From contig JBJXFO010000138.1 of assembly GCA_046154725.1 (NCBI GenBank), forward strand, positions 5,965 to 69,964: 64,000 nucleotides of DNA, given 5' to 3'. Of this stretch, positions 20,162 to 29,875 are shown piece by piece. A program made the translations under genes and the position numbers. Source of the stretch: Parvularculaceae bacterium (lineage in GTDB: Bacteria > Pseudomonadota > Alphaproteobacteria > Caulobacterales > Parvularculaceae). A model generated the notes under the pieces. That model saw only the letters and a program-made list of their open reading frames with translations, ran no database searches and was not told the origin of the DNA. Each line of letters starts with the position of its first letter. Position 1 is the first letter of the stretch.

Positions 20162-20243
20162 ACCCGGGGCTGATCAATGGGGCTTTGGCGCGCGCCGATT
20201 TTTTTGATCGCCGCCTGAGCTTCAGACTGGAGAACGCCGTTCA

Positions 20244-21137
20244 ATGATTGCCAAAGCCGCGCTCGCTGCCCTGCTGGCGGTTTCAGGTTGCGCCAGCATT
20301 AAGCCGGGGCCAGCGCCGTGGTCGCCATGGGCCGCGTCCAATCCCTCGTGGATCGAACCGTTCGCGCCGTTCCGCATCGAAGATGGCGTCTACTTCGTGG
20401 GAACGAAAGGTCTTTCAAGCTTCCTCGTCACGACGCCAGATGGCCATTTCCTCCTCGACGGAGGTCTCCCTGAGAACGCGAAGATCATCGCGCGCAACAT
20501 TGAAACGCTCGGCTTCAATCTGCGCGACATTCGATATCTCCTGAACAGCCACGCGCATTTCGATCATTCGGGCGGCCTTGCGGCGCTGAAGAAAATGACG
20601 GACGCCGCATTGGTCGCGAGCGAGCCCGATCGCTCGGCGCTGGAGGGCGGCTTCTATCTCGGCTCTGAAGGGGATCCGAGCCTCGGCGCGCCGCCTGTTG
20701 CCGTCGATCGAACGATTGCCGACGGCGAGGCGCTGATCCTTGGCGGCGTTGCGATGACCGCGCGCCTGACGCCCGGCCACACGCGCGGCTGCACGTCGTG
20801 GACGATGACAGCGGGCGGACGCGATATTTTGTTCTTCTGCAGCGCCAGCGTAGCGGCCAACCGCCTTGTCGCCTCAAGCGACGGACCGCCGCAGTATGAG
20901 GGCATCGTCGAAGACTATCGCGCGACCTTCGATAAACTGCGCAGCTGGCGCCCTGACATCTTTCTGTCGAACCATCCCGAGGTGTTTGGCATGGAAGAAC
21001 GGCGCGCGCGCCAGCTTGGCGGCAAGGCCGATGCGTTTGTTGATCGGGAAGTCTTTCCTGCGGTCGTCGTCCGGCTCGGCGCCGCGTTCGAGAAGGCTTT
21101 GGCCGAACAGACCGCAATCGTCGCTGGAAGTCAGTGA
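20244..21137 (+). CDS. subclass B3 metallo-beta-lactamase-like lipoprotein
   Basis: Lipobox LLAVSGC. The B3 metal-site motifs are SHAHFDHSGG (HxHxDH), LTPGHTRGCTSWTM (very close to the FEZ-1/L1-type GHT.G block) and a late SNHPE His. Confidence 0.8.
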   Translation: MIAKAALAALLAVSGCASIKPGPAPWSPWAASNPSWIEPFAPFRIEDGVYFVGTKGLSSFLVTTPDGHFLLDGGLPENAKIIARNIETLGFNLRDIRYLLNSHAHFDHSGGLAALKKMTDAALVASEPDRSALEGGFYLGSEGDPSLGAPPVAVDRTIADGEALILGGVAMTARLTPGHTRGCTSWTMTAGGRDILFFCSASVAANRLVASSDGPPQYEGIVEDYRATFDKLRSWRPDIFLSNHPEVFGMEERRARQLGGKADAFVDREVFPAVVVRLGAAFEKALAEQTAIVAGSQ

Positions 21138-21958
21138 CACTGTTTCGCCCACCGCTCCTTATGGGCGTCGTCAATATGACGCCCGATTCCTTCTCCGATG
21201 GCGGCTCATTTCTCGATCCTCAGCATGCGATCGATCATGCGCTGCGCCTTGTCGATGAGGGTGCGGCGATCATCGATATTGGCGGCGAGTCGACCAGGCC
21301 CGGCGCTGAGGCGGTTATCGACAGCATCGAGTTTTCACGCGTCATTCCGGTCATAAAAGGCCTTGCCGCGCAAACGGCCGCCGTGATTTCGATCGACACG
21401 AGGAAGCCTGACGTCGCGCGCGCGGCAATCGATGCCGGCGCTTCGATCTGGAACGACGTGTCGGCGCTCACCTACGGGTCCGATAGCGTTGACGTTGCCG
21501 CCAGCCTCGATTGCCGTATCGTGCTGATGCATGCGCAAGGCGACCCCCGGACCATGCAAGACAATCCTGTCTACGGCGACGTCGTCGCCGAGACTTTGGC
21601 ATTCTTGCGCCGCCGCATCAGCGTCTGCGCAGAGGCCGGCGTAGATCCCGCGCGGCTCATTGTCGATCCGGGCATCGGCTTTGGAAAGACGGTTCGACAC
21701 AACCTTGCGCTAATCGGGGGTCTTTCGGCGTTCGCGGCGCTGGGGCGCCCGGTCCTGCTTGGCGCATCGCGCAAGCGGTTCATCGCGTCGGTCGACCGTT
21801 TAGGAACGGCTGGAGACAGGCTTGGCGGCTCCCTCGCCGCGGCGCTCGCCGGGGCCGCGCGCGGCGCTTCCATTGTGCGAGTTCATGATGTCGCCGCAAC
21901 ACGCCAGGCGCTGGCGATCTGGGCCGCGATTGAGGCACCCCACGTATTAAGCCTTTAG
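21134..21958 (+). CDS. folP: dihydropteroate synthase
   Basis: MGVVNMTPDSFSDGG, IIDIGGESTRPGA, DPGIGFGK and LLGASRKRFI. The GTG start overlaps the upstream stop (GTGA). Confidence 0.9.
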   Translation: MTLFRPPLLMGVVNMTPDSFSDGGSFLDPQHAIDHALRLVDEGAAIIDIGGESTRPGAEAVIDSIEFSRVIPVIKGLAAQTAAVISIDTRKPDVARAAIDAGASIWNDVSALTYGSDSVDVAASLDCRIVLMHAQGDPRTMQDNPVYGDVVAETLAFLRRRISVCAEAGVDPARLIVDPGIGFGKTVRHNLALIGGLSAFAALGRPVLLGASRKRFIASVDRLGTAGDRLGGSLAAALAGAARGASIVRVHDVAATRQALAIWAAIEAPHVLSL

Positions 21959-21977
21959 AAGCGTCGCCGGAGGATAG

Positions 21978-23054
21978 TTGGCCCTTAGTCAGGGAACCCA
22001 CTCAATGCGCCCGGAAGAACGCCTTTCGCCCGCCGTCATTGAAGACAGCGCCAGCGGCGCATGGCCGCGCGCTCGCGGCATCGCGGCGCTCCCGTTGGCG
22101 CTTTACGGGATCTATCTGTTTTGCCTTGGCACGCTGCTCTATATCGCAGGGGTCTTCCTCGTCGTCCCGCGTTATCTGCTTGGCCTTGAGCAAGTGCTGC
22201 GTCCGGTGGCCGAATGGCTTGTCTGGTACAGCGGCGTTCCGATGATTTTGGGCCTGTCGCTCGCCCTTGTTGATCTCGTCTTGCTGCTCGACGCCAAACG
22301 CCCCACTCGCGAATATCGCGAGGACTTGATGCGCAACGCCGAAGTAACGGTTGCGCTCACCGCTTACAATGATGAGGAAAGCATTGGACCGGCAGTGCGC
22401 GACTTTCTCGCGCATCCGCGCGTCAAGCGCGTCATAGTTGTGTCCAACAACAGCGTTGATCGCACGGTTAATCGGGCGCAAGCGGCGGGCGCAATCGTCA
22501 TCAACGAGGATAAGCCGGGATACGGCGCTTGTGTCTATCGGTGCTATGCCGAGGCGCTGCGATTTGCGGATGCGGAACTTATTGTGCTTTGCGAAGGCGA
22601 TTGCACGTTTCGCGCGGCCGACATCGAGAAACTTGTCGCCTATTCGCCGCATGCGGACATCGTCAACGGCAGCCGGATCGTTGAAACACTGCGCGAGCGA
22701 TCGACGCAGCTGACGACGTTCATGTTCTACGGAAATCTTTTCGTCGCGAAGCTGCTGGAGGCCAAGCATCTGGGACGCGGAACGCTCACCGATGTAGGCT
22801 CGACCTATAAGCTTATCCGGCGGCGGGCGCTGGAACGGTTGATGCCTGATCTCAGTCCGGCCGTGAATCTCGAATTCAACGCGCATTTCATCGATATCGC
22901 CTTGAGCCGCGGATTGGCGTTCATTGAATGTCCGGTGACTTTTCACGCGCGTGTCGGGTTGAGCAAGGGCGGCAATGTCAACAACTTCCGCGCCCTGAAG
23001 GTCGGGCTCGGCATGATGCGCGGGATCACGTTCGGCTGGCGGCCAATGCGGTGA
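21978..23054 (+). CDS. glycosyltransferase family 2 protein with N-terminal TM helices
   Basis: Two to three hydrophobic helices are followed by a GT-A domain (VTVALTAYNDEESIGPAV.., VVSNNSVDRT, CEGDCTF as the DxD-like site). The start is either TTG 21978 or ATG 22005. Confidence 0.8.
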   Translation: MALSQGTHSMRPEERLSPAVIEDSASGAWPRARGIAALPLALYGIYLFCLGTLLYIAGVFLVVPRYLLGLEQVLRPVAEWLVWYSGVPMILGLSLALVDLVLLLDAKRPTREYREDLMRNAEVTVALTAYNDEESIGPAVRDFLAHPRVKRVIVVSNNSVDRTVNRAQAAGAIVINEDKPGYGACVYRCYAEALRFADAELIVLCEGDCTFRAADIEKLVAYSPHADIVNGSRIVETLRERSTQLTTFMFYGNLFVAKLLEAKHLGRGTLTDVGSTYKLIRRRALERLMPDLSPAVNLEFNAHFIDIALSRGLAFIECPVTFHARVGLSKGGNVNNFRALKVGLGMMRGITFGWRPMR

Positions 23055-23689
23055 ACGGCGGTTACCACGAAACTCGCCTCAAGGCGGACGCCAAGCGCGA
23101 CGTTTTATGGCGAGCCCTTTGGCGATACTATTTCCGGCGGCGCGTGCCGGCGAACGGTTGCATCCTCGATCTTGGCGCAGGATACGGCCAGTTCATCAAC
23201 AACGCCGCCGCACGCCGCCGCATTGCTATCGACGCCTGGCCCGGCCTGTCGCAGCACCTCGATCCAGGCGTTGAAGCAATCATTGGCGATGTCTGCGACC
23301 TCTCGCGCATTGAAGACGCCTCAGTCGATTATGCTTTCGCCAGCAATCTTTTCGAGCATTTGCCGCAGGACCGATTCGCCGCGGCGCTCGTGGAGCTTAA
23401 ACGCATTCTGTGTTCGTCCGGAACGCTGACAATTCTTCAGCCAAACTACGCCTTCGCGTACCGGGAGTATTTCGACGACTTCACGCATGTTTCAATCTGG
23501 TCGCACGTGTCGATCGCCGATTTTCTCGAAGCAAACGGCTTCGAGGTCGTCGAGTTGCACGCAAGGTTTCTGCCGCTGACACTCAAGTCGCGTTTGCCCG
23601 TTTTCCCGTGGCTGATAGCGGCCTATCTTGCCTCGCCGGTGAAGCCGCTCGCCAAGCAGATGCTTGTTGTCGCGCGTCCGAGAGGCTGA
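23051..23689 (+). CDS. class I SAM-dependent methyltransferase
   Basis: SAM motif I is ILDLGAGYGQF and the post-I acidic residue lies in IAIDAW. The GTG at 23051 overlaps the GT2 stop (GTGA). The upstream part of the listed ORF (22928-) overlaps the GT2 coding region. Confidence 0.7.
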   Translation: MNGGYHETRLKADAKRDVLWRALWRYYFRRRVPANGCILDLGAGYGQFINNAAARRRIAIDAWPGLSQHLDPGVEAIIGDVCDLSRIEDASVDYAFASNLFEHLPQDRFAAALVELKRILCSSGTLTILQPNYAFAYREYFDDFTHVSIWSHVSIADFLEANGFEVVELHARFLPLTLKSRLPVFPWLIAAYLASPVKPLAKQMLVVARPRG

Positions 23690-23715
23690 CGCGATTTTGA
23701 CGAGGCGCAGAAGCG

Positions 23716-25221
23716 TTAGCGCACGGCGTCGCGCCGGCGCAGGATGACAGCGTTGCCTTCATGCGCGAAGACGTCATAGTTGTCTAAAAGTGTCGGATCC
23801 TCTACAAGTAACGCGTCAACAAGCCATGAATGGCGTGCGCTTGCTGACTTGAAGATGAGTTCCGGGTTCTTCTCCCGAATGACGGCCCGCGTCCTTGCAA
23901 GCTCGGCGTCGTAATAACTCTGATAGCGCTGGCGCTCAGCTTCGCTCAGAGTGTCGCGCCCAAGGGCTATGCGGGTATAGTGAACGACCCATTGGCCATG
24001 GATCCGATCGACCCAGCGTGCGCCAATGCGCTCGGCGATCGGGAAGCTTGTCGAAATCATTGGCGAGATCGCCATGGCGGTCGGACGGGTTAAGTGTTTT
24101 GACCAGGAGTGATCCGATAACCGCGCGCGTCCATCGTCAAACCCCGCCAAGAGCAATGCGGAAGCCGAGATGGCGGCCGCCGCGCCTGCGACCAGATGCA
24201 TCGCGCTGCGATTTCCGCCGCCGAGCGTGAGGCCGAGCGCGATGATGGCGAACAGCGACGCTGGCAAGATATGATAAGAAAAGTACTTTCCCTGCGCGAA
24301 ATAGATGGCGACGAAAACCGACGCTAGCGTCAGGGATAACTGAATTGCGTGCGGTGCTGGCGTTCGCAGCGCCAGATAAGCCGCCGCGACGGCAGCGATC
24401 ATTGTCCCGAGGAACGCATACTGCAAACCATGGGCCAGCGGCAGCCGGATTGGCACGTAAACGTCGCGCATGAGCGTCGTCACGCCGCCGAGATAGGTTG
24501 GAAAGAGCGCGAGGGAAGCGCCGGTGATCGCAACCCCGATCAGGGCTGAGAGCGGCAGCTTGGACGCGAAGAGAAATGCAATGCGCCTGGTTCGAAAGAG
24601 CTCGAATGTTGCCAACGCGATAAATGGAAGCGCGAACAATGGAGGTTTGATTGCGAAAGCAAGGCCGGCAAGCGCCGCTGCCGTTACGCGCGCCGGCAGC
24701 ATCGGCCACGAAGTGCCCTCGCTGAGCGAGACAAAAATGGCAAACATCGGCAAGCAGAAAAGCGCCGCGAAATATTCGCGCTGCGCGAAGGCATCATTTG
24801 AAAAGAGGAATAAGCATACTGCCGATGGAAAGATGATCCGCCAGCCGCCTGAACCGGCGGCGCCGCCAGTCGCCGGAAGTAGGCGTGCAGTGAATGCCAG
24901 CGTCGCAAAAGTTGTCACATAGGTAAGGGCAAAGACGGCAACTTCGCTGCTGATGCCCGCCATACGGGAAAGAATGACCGCCGGCATATAGATCAACGTC
25001 GGTACGGGCGGCGTCGTTTCGAAAATGTCGATCCAGCCGCGCTCGCCGTCGAGGATGCGCGCGCACATCGATATCAGCCAGCTGACGTCGGAAGTCGCCC
25101 CATTTTGCCTCCAGAACACCGAAAGCAGGGCGATCGCGGCGACCGCGCCCCACAAAAGCTTGTGCGTCAGGGCGCGTGCTTGCGCTTCCGGCAGCGGCAA
25201 GACTGCAGCGGTTTGCGACAT
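23716..25221 (-). CDS. large polytopic membrane protein, GT-C (ArnT/PMT-like) glycosyltransferase candidate
   Basis: The ATG at 25221 gives a 501-aa protein with about 10-11 TM helices and a soluble C-terminal domain of roughly 110 aa. This architecture is GT-C-like. The first 121 codons of the listed ORF are non-membrane junk that overlaps the divergent promoter region. The family call is by architecture only. Confidence 0.55.
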   Translation of the reverse strand: MSQTAAVLPLPEAQARALTHKLLWGAVAAIALLSVFWRQNGATSDVSWLISMCARILDGERGWIDIFETTPPVPTLIYMPAVILSRMAGISSEVAVFALTYVTTFATLAFTARLLPATGGAAGSGGWRIIFPSAVCLFLFSNDAFAQREYFAALFCLPMFAIFVSLSEGTSWPMLPARVTAAALAGLAFAIKPPLFALPFIALATFELFRTRRIAFLFASKLPLSALIGVAITGASLALFPTYLGGVTTLMRDVYVPIRLPLAHGLQYAFLGTMIAAVAAAYLALRTPAPHAIQLSLTLASVFVAIYFAQGKYFSYHILPASLFAIIALGLTLGGGNRSAMHLVAGAAAAISASALLLAGFDDGRARLSDHSWSKHLTRPTAMAISPMISTSFPIAERIGARWVDRIHGQWVVHYTRIALGRDTLSEAERQRYQSYYDAELARTRAVIREKNPELIFKSASARHSWLVDALLVEDPTLLDNYDVFAHEGNAVILRRRDAVR

Positions 25222-25416
25222 CAAGCGGCCCCGGCGGCAAGGCGTGCGCGCGCCGAAAGACTGCGGGGGTCTGAATAGGTCGGGTCGCGCCGCATGAACT
25301 TGGAATTCCTTCCAATCGAAGCGAATGCAGGATTGGCGTTGGACCACTCCAGCGGTAATGAAATGGTGACGGCGGTGGGTTAGTTTGAAGTTAATTTGAG
25401 GGGGCAGGCGGATTTG

Positions 25417-26802
25417 ATGCGCTATAGCCGAGAAACGATTGCGGATCCGGGGCCGGCCGAACGCAAAATATTCGGCACCGACGGCGTGCGCGGTCTCGCC
25501 AATGCCGGCGCGATGACGCCTGAATCGATCCTCCGGCTCGGCATGGCGGTCGGACGGTATTTCCGGAATGGCGAGCACCGTCACCGCGTCGTGATCGGCA
25601 AAGACACGCGCCTCTCCGGTTACATGATCGAGCCGGCGCTGACCGCGGGTTTTGCCGCTTCGGGGATGGAAGTGTTCCTTCTCGGGCCGCTGCCGACGCC
25701 GGCGATGGCGATGTTGACGCGCTCCTTGCGGGCCGATCTCGGCGTGATGATTTCAGCCTCCCACAATCCGTACCATGACAATGGCGTCAAGTTTTTCGGC
25801 CCCGACGGGTACAAATTATCTGACGCCGCTGAACTTGAGATCGAACGCCTTATGAGTGAGAGCGCGACCGACGCGCTTGCGGCGCCGGCGGAACTCGGGC
25901 GCGTCAAGCGCGTAGATGACGCTGGCGCGCGCTATATCGAATTTGCGAAGAACGCATTTCCGCGCGGGTTGTCGCTCGAGGGATTGCGGGTCGTCATCGA
26001 TTGCGCCAACGGCGCCGCCTATAAAGTGGCGCCGGCGGTGCTGTGGGAACTTGGCGCCGAGATCAAGGAAATCGGCGTCACGCCGAACGGCTTCAACATC
26101 AATCTCGACTGCGGATCGACCTCGCCGAAAGCCTTGCAGCAGGCGGTGGTCGATTATCGCGCGGATATTGGCATTGCACTCGACGGCGACGCGGACCGCG
26201 TCGCGCTTGTCGACGAAAAGGGCCGCGTCATTGACGGCGACCAGATTCTCGGGTTGATCGCGCGCTTTCTCCATGGCCGGGGGAAACTGAAAGGCGGCGC
26301 GGTCGTCTCCACCGTCATGTCGAATTTCGGCCTTGAACGCTTTTTGGCAGGCATTGGCCTGAAGCTTGACCGCACCAAGGTCGGGGACCGATATGTCGTT
26401 GAGGCCATGCGCGCCAAGGGCGCTAACGTCGGCGGCGAGCCTTCTGGCCATGTGATCCTCAGCGATTATTCGACAACTGGCGATGGGCTCGTCACGGCGC
26501 TGCAAGCGCTTGCTGTGATGGCGGGCGAAAAAGTGACGGCGAGCGAGGCGTTCAATTGCTTCACGCCGACGCCGCAAGTGATGAAAAACGTCCGCATCCG
26601 CAACGGCGATCCGCTTTCGAACGCGGACGTGAAAAAGGCAATCGCGGCGGGCGAAGCGCTGCTTGGCGCGGCGGGACGCGTCGTCATCCGAAAATCAGGA
26701 ACCGAACCGCTGATCCGCGTGATGGCGGAGGGCGAAGACAAAAAACTGGTCGAGCGGGCCGTCAACGACATCTGCGCGGCAATCGAAAAGTCGGCCCCGT
26801 AG
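25417..26802 (+). CDS. glmM: phosphoglucosamine mutase
   Basis: FGTDGVRG, active-site [17 protein letters not shown] and GGEPSGH. The ATG at 25417 is preferred over the TTG at 25396. Confidence 0.9.
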   Translation: MRYSRETIADPGPAERKIFGTDGVRGLANAGAMTPESILRLGMAVGRYFRNGEHRHRVVIGKDTRLSGYMIEPALTAGFAASGMEVFLLGPLPTPAMAMLTRSLRADLGVMISASHNPYHDNGVKFFGPDGYKLSDAAELEIERLMSESATDALAAPAELGRVKRVDDAGARYIEFAKNAFPRGLSLEGLRVVIDCANGAAYKVAPAVLWELGAEIKEIGVTPNGFNINLDCGSTSPKALQQAVVDYRADIGIALDGDADRVALVDEKGRVIDGDQILGLIARFLHGRGKLKGGAVVSTVMSNFGLERFLAGIGLKLDRTKVGDRYVVEAMRAKGANVGGEPSGHVILSDYSTTGDGLVTALQALAVMAGEKVTASEAFNCFTPTPQVMKNVRIRNGDPLSNADVKKAIAAGEALLGAAGRVVIRKSGTEPLIRVMAEGEDKKLVERAVNDICAAIEKSAP

Positions 26803-26833
26803 CGTTGCCCGCGATCGAACGTGCGCTCGCGCC

Positions 26834-27787
26834 TTATTCCGGCGTCTCCGGTTCTGGCACTTCAAAAATCTGCCCTGGATAAATCAGGTCGGGGTCGCGA
26901 ATCTGGCCGGCGTTCGCTTCGTAAATGACCGTATACTGAACGCCACGGCCATAGACGCGCCGGGCGATGCGCCACAGGCTGTTGCCCGGCTGGACAATCA
27001 CCTTGCCGTCGCGCAGATCGACATCGTCAATACTGGCGCGCTCGAAGGGAAGCTCGATTGCATAGACAGGCTTTCCCGCCTCATCGAGCTGGATGATCTG
27101 CAACGAATAAACGCCGGGCGGCATCGAAGCGGTCAGGCGCCAGCGGCCATCGGCGTCCGCAACGGTCTGGCCAACGAACTGGCCATTGGCGAAAATCTGC
27201 ACAACGCGCGAGGCTTCCGCGCGTCCCGAAAAGATAACGGCGCCGCTATCGTCATAGTCGATTGTGTCGAGCGACAAGGGCCCGAGCCCTACGCCTTCGT
27301 CGCGCGGCTCTTGCAGCACTTGCGTCGCACCGCCCGGCGTTGTCTTCAAGACCAGCGGGCGGTCGCCGGCGCGCTCGGGAACATAGATGACAATTGTCTC
27401 ATCGGAGCGGATGACAACGCCGTCCGCCGTCTTCATTTCCAGAGACAACTCGACCGCGCCAGCCTCAAGCGGCGTTTCCGTGGCCATGACCCACGAGCCA
27501 TCGGCGCCCGAGGTCGCGGTCGCGAGCGCAGTGTCATTGGCATAGACCGTCACCGTCGCGCCGGGGCTCGCCCGCCCTGCGATGACCGCGTCGCCGCTTC
27601 GGTCAACGCGGACAATGTCAAAGCTTGGCAGGGACGGCGACGGCGCTTCGTCAATGGCGGCTGGCGCATCCGTTGCGGGGGCCTCATCCGCCACAGACGC
27701 CGGTTCAACAAGATTGAAACGCTCTGCCGCCTTCCAGGCGATGAACCCCAGAATGATAAGCAGGACAAAGATGATAACGACGCGCAT
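26834..27787 (-). CDS. LysM peptidoglycan-binding domain protein with N-terminal membrane anchor
   Basis: The ATG at 27787 gives an anchor MRVVIIFVLLIILGFIAW. The C-terminal LysM domain is VQPGNSLWRIARRVYG.GVQYTVIYEAN..QIRDPDLIYPGQIFEVP. The central region has repeated beta-rich segments. Confidence 0.7.
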   Translation of the reverse strand: MRVVIIFVLLIILGFIAWKAAERFNLVEPASVADEAPATDAPAAIDEAPSPSLPSFDIVRVDRSGDAVIAGRASPGATVTVYANDTALATATSGADGSWVMATETPLEAGAVELSLEMKTADGVVIRSDETIVIYVPERAGDRPLVLKTTPGGATQVLQEPRDEGVGLGPLSLDTIDYDDSGAVIFSGRAEASRVVQIFANGQFVGQTVADADGRWRLTASMPPGVYSLQIIQLDEAGKPVYAIELPFERASIDDVDLRDGKVIVQPGNSLWRIARRVYGRGVQYTVIYEANAGQIRDPDLIYPGQIFEVPEPETPE

Positions 27788-27895
27788 GGGGCGGCCCTGT
27801 TCTTTCAAGCCGCCACCCTTGACGGCAGAGTTTAACTTTACCAATAGGGTTGGCGCGCTACAATGCCGCGACAATCACCAACCGACCCCTGATCC

Positions 27896-28450
27896 ATGAA
27901 ATCCTTATGCGTTTACTGCGGCTCGAGGGCCGGCAACGACCCTGCCTTCTACAATGCCGCGCAGTATATTGGCCGCGAAGCGGCAAAGCGTGACTGGCGC
28001 ATCGTCTATGGCGGCGGCAAGCTTGGCCTGATGGGCGCAACAGCGGGCGCGGCGCGTGACGCTGGCGGAAAGGTGTTCGGCATCATCCCCGACTTCCTCG
28101 TCGAGCTGGAGGGCGTTCTGCCGGGCGTCGATCACGTCATCGTCAAGACAATGCATGAGCGCAAGATGATGATGTTCGACGAAGCCGATGCGATCCTGAC
28201 GCTGCCGGGCGGCATCGGCACGCTGGAGGAACTGATCGAAACGCTTTCATGGGCGCGCCTCGCGCTGCACAGAAAGCCGATCCTCGTACTTAATCTCAAC
28301 GGCTTCTGGGATCCTTTGCAGACGTTGTTAAAGCATATTGTCGACGAAGGCTTCGCAGCGCCCGAGCTGCTCGGCGATCTTGTCTTCGTCGAGCGAATGG
28401 AAGATGTCTTTCCGCTACTCGCCAAACGCACGCTCGAAGCGGTGGTTTAG
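27896..28450 (+). CDS. LOG family protein (TIGR00730; cytokinin riboside 5'-monophosphate phosphoribohydrolase-like)
   Basis: Motifs VYGGG..GLMG and LPGGIGTLEEL. Confidence 0.85.
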   Translation: MKSLCVYCGSRAGNDPAFYNAAQYIGREAAKRDWRIVYGGGKLGLMGATAGAARDAGGKVFGIIPDFLVELEGVLPGVDHVIVKTMHERKMMMFDEADAILTLPGGIGTLEELIETLSWARLALHRKPILVLNLNGFWDPLQTLLKHIVDEGFAAPELLGDLVFVERMEDVFPLLAKRTLEAVV

Positions 28451-29805
28451 GCCCGCTCGCCCATAAGCCGCGCGCGCGCGCGACGTGCGCCGATCAGCGG
28501 GAAGATCGCTGCCATTTCCGGCCCTTTTTCGCGGCCCGTCAGCGCCAGCCGCAACGGGTGGAAGAGCGCCTTGCCCTTGGCGCCGGTCTTGGCCTTCACC
28601 AACTCGACAAATGCGCCCCAGCTTTGCTCCGTCAGCGGATCATCGGGGACAAGGCTTGCGGCGCTTGCGCCAAACCCGGCGTCTTCAATCACCGGATCGA
28701 TTGCGCCCTCGATAACGGCTTTCCACTCCGCCGCGTCGGCAAGCCTGACGACATTGCCCTTCACAGCGTCCCATAGCGTCTGCGAAACGCCGAGCGCCCC
28801 GAGACGGCCCGAGAGCGCCGCGTACGGCGCCTCATGCAGGATTTTGGCGTTGAGCTGTAAGAGCTCGGCCTCGTCGAAGCGCGCCGGCGCGCGCCCGACT
28901 TTCTCGAAGTCAAACGTTGCGGCAAGCGCCATGATCTCGGGCTGCGGCAATACGGGCTCTGACGTCCCGAGCTTGGCGAGCAGGCTGGTAATCGCGCCTG
29001 GCTCAAGCCCGTCCTCGCGCATTTGTTCGATGGAGAGCGAGCCAATGCGCTTGGACAGACCCTGCCCGTCCGCGCCGATCAGCAACGAATGATGCGCAAA
29101 CGCGGGAACGGCGCCAGAGCCTCGCACCTCGACGACCGCGCGCATGATCTCGATCTGCACGCCGGCATTCGTCACATGATCCTCGCCGCGGATGACATGG
29201 GTGATGCCCGCGTCGATGTCGTCGATGCAGGAGGGCAGGGTGTAAAGATACATCCCGTCCTCGCGGATCAGCACGGGGTCGGAGACGCTCGACGTCTCGA
29301 CGATCGTCTCTTCACGGATCAAATCGCGCCAGCGGACGGTCTCGCCTGACAGCTTGAAGCGCCAGTGCGGCGCGCGCCCCTCCGCCTCGAATGCGCGCTT
29401 TTGCTCATCCGTGAGGGAGAGCGCCGCGCGATCATAGACAGGGGGAAGCCCCCGCAGGCGCTGCAGGGCGCGTTTCCTCTCCAATTCGTCGGCGGTCTCG
29501 TAACAGGGATAGAGCAAGCCCCGCGCGCGCAGCGCGTCTGAGACGACATCGTAATCGCCAAAACGTTCAGACTGCTTGAACGTCTCGTCCCAGTGAAGGC
29601 CCAGCCAGCCGAGGTCGCGGCGAATGCCGTCCTCAAACGCGGCGGTCGAGCGCTCCTTGTCGGTGTCGTCAATGCGCAAGATGAACTTGCCGCCGCGCGA
29701 CCGAGCAAAGAGCCAGTTCCACAACGCCGCGCGCACGTTCCCGACATGCAGCTTGCCGGTCGGCGACGGGGCGAAACGGACGGTGATGGAATGGGGCGCG
29801 GGCAT
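28447..29805 (-). CDS. gltX: glutamate--tRNA ligase
   Basis: RFAPSPTGKLHVGNVRAAL (HIGH-type), a class I catalytic core and an LSKR (KMSKS-type) motif. Confidence 0.9.
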   Translation of the reverse strand: MPAPHSITVRFAPSPTGKLHVGNVRAALWNWLFARSRGGKFILRIDDTDKERSTAAFEDGIRRDLGWLGLHWDETFKQSERFGDYDVVSDALRARGLLYPCYETADELERKRALQRLRGLPPVYDRAALSLTDEQKRAFEAEGRAPHWRFKLSGETVRWRDLIREETIVETSSVSDPVLIREDGMYLYTLPSCIDDIDAGITHVIRGEDHVTNAGVQIEIMRAVVEVRGSGAVPAFAHHSLLIGADGQGLSKRIGSLSIEQMREDGLEPGAITSLLAKLGTSEPVLPQPEIMALAATFDFEKVGRAPARFDEAELLQLNAKILHEAPYAALSGRLGALGVSQTLWDAVKGNVVRLADAAEWKAVIEGAIDPVIEDAGFGASAASLVPDDPLTEQSWGAFVELVKAKTGAKGKALFHPLRLALTGREKGPEMAAIFPLIGARRARARLMGERA

Positions 29806-29875
29806 GAGGCGTTTAGCTTTTTGCGGGAACGCGGTGGTTACGCCAGCGGCTTTCTGGGGTCAAATCGTCAGGCCG

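Noticed and set aside
22002-22946. 314-aa ORF antisense to the GT2 gene
   Set aside because: Shadow ORF opposite a frame with a clear GT-A domain and TM helices.
25222-25584. 121-codon N-terminal extension of the GT-C-like ORF (listed as 23716..25584)
   Set aside because: The extension is hydrophilic, Arg/His-rich and runs through the divergent glmM promoter and start region. The first hydrophobic helix follows the internal ATG at 25221.
28447-28450. Convergent LOG and gltX genes overlapping at their stop codons (TTAG) with no terminator between them
   Set aside because: This is real in the sequence, but short convergent overlaps are common in compact genomes. Nothing further suggests it is a regulatory feature.
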